Virus record (IMG/VR): IMGVR_UViG_2671180814_000012
DNA: 5,746 nucleotides
Reading direction: 5' to 3' (one strand)
Source of the DNA: a virus
Taxonomy: Duplodnaviria > Heunggongvirae > Uroviricota > Caudoviricetes
This document shows, in pieces, positions 5,208-5,746 of this stretch; within the stretch, counting starts at the first letter, position 1; each line of letters begins with the position of its first letter. The notes beneath the pieces are model-generated. The model saw nothing but the letters and a program-made list of their open reading frames with translations. It ran no database searches and was not told the origin of the DNA. The translations under genes were made by a program, and so were the position numbers.

Positions 5208-5584
5208 TGAGGCTGACGATGGAATTTAAAGATTTACCGTCTGATGTACAGAAAACAGCAGCTCATACATTGCATTCTGTGCTGCGAGAAATCGGGAAAG
5301 ATATTGCAAGCGAGCCAGCAAAAGATCTGGCCCGGAAAATCAAGACCGCTTTCGTTGAGCTTTATAATGTTGGCACTGACTCTGAAACTGTCGAGACCAA
5401 GACCGTAAGTTCACCAATATTCTCACTTGAGCCAAGCGTATTATCAGGTGAAATATGCACCGAGATTTCCAGCGAACTGCTTCCGGTAATACGAGAAGCA
5501 ATTCGCCGTCGCGGTTTGGATGGAAGTTATGATCATGACGTTCTGCAAGTTCTCAGGACAATGGTGACTTCACTGGGGATTTGA
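5207..5584 (+). CDS. Hypothetical early-left protein, 121-125 aa
   Basis: Start either at 5207 (coupled to the upstream stop) or at 5219 (MEFKDLPSDVQK..., GAGG 8 nt upstream). Amino-acid composition looks protein-like; no recognisable motif. Confidence 0.5.
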   Translation: MRLTMEFKDLPSDVQKTAAHTLHSVLREIGKDIASEPAKDLARKIKTAFVELYNVGTDSETVETKTVSSPIFSLEPSVLSGEICTEISSELLPVIREAIRRRGLDGSYDHDVLQVLRTMVTSLGI

Positions 5585-5746
5585 TCCCTGCGTCCTCTAA
5601 GCTTTTGATATAGCGGTCCTCCAAGAAGCGGTAAATTTTGTCGAAATCATCTTTTCCCTCTGGTTTATTCAGAGGATTACAGGACCCGTAAGTAGCGGCA
5701 TACATTTCAACCGTTTGGTAATGACTCCAACTTATTGATAGTGTTT
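5553..5746 (-). CDS. 3' end of a minus-strand gene entering from beyond the right window edge (partial CDS, C-terminal about 64 codons)
   Basis: Hand translation of the minus frame finds no stop from 5746 down to TGA at 5553-5555 and reads ...SWSHYQTVEMYAATYGSCNPLNKPEGKDDFDKIYRFLEDRYIKSLEDAGIKSPVKSPLS*. Not in the supplied track, presumably because the start is outside the window. Overlaps the 3' end of the plus ORF by about 32 bp. Confidence 0.35.
   Translation of the reverse strand, partial: TLSISWSHYQTVEMYAATYGSCNPLNKPEGKDDFDKIYRFLEDRYIKSLEDAGIKSPVKSPLS

Overview
This window reads as the immunity and replication core of a lambdoid prophage of the enterobacterial Rac / CP-933P type, drawn in the opposite orientation to the usual lambda map. 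On the minus strand, right to left, sit a Cro-like HTH gene, a CII-position regulator (YdaT-like), an O-like replication initiator carrying two internal iteron arrays, a DnaC-like helicase loader and two genes of unknown function. On the plus strand a lambda-CI-like repressor is followed by an overlapping small antitoxin / ParE-family toxin pair and an intrinsic terminator. A second cluster of the same operator palindrome (OL-like) and two to three early-left genes of unknown function follow. The most notable feature is the ParE toxin-antitoxin pair occupying the slot that rexAB holds in lambda, between the repressor gene and OL. From memory this matches the paaR2-paaA2-parE2 arrangement described for an E. 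coli O157:H7 cryptic prophage, so it is probably not new; I could not run any search to confirm. All calls rest on reading the sequence and on recalled family features.
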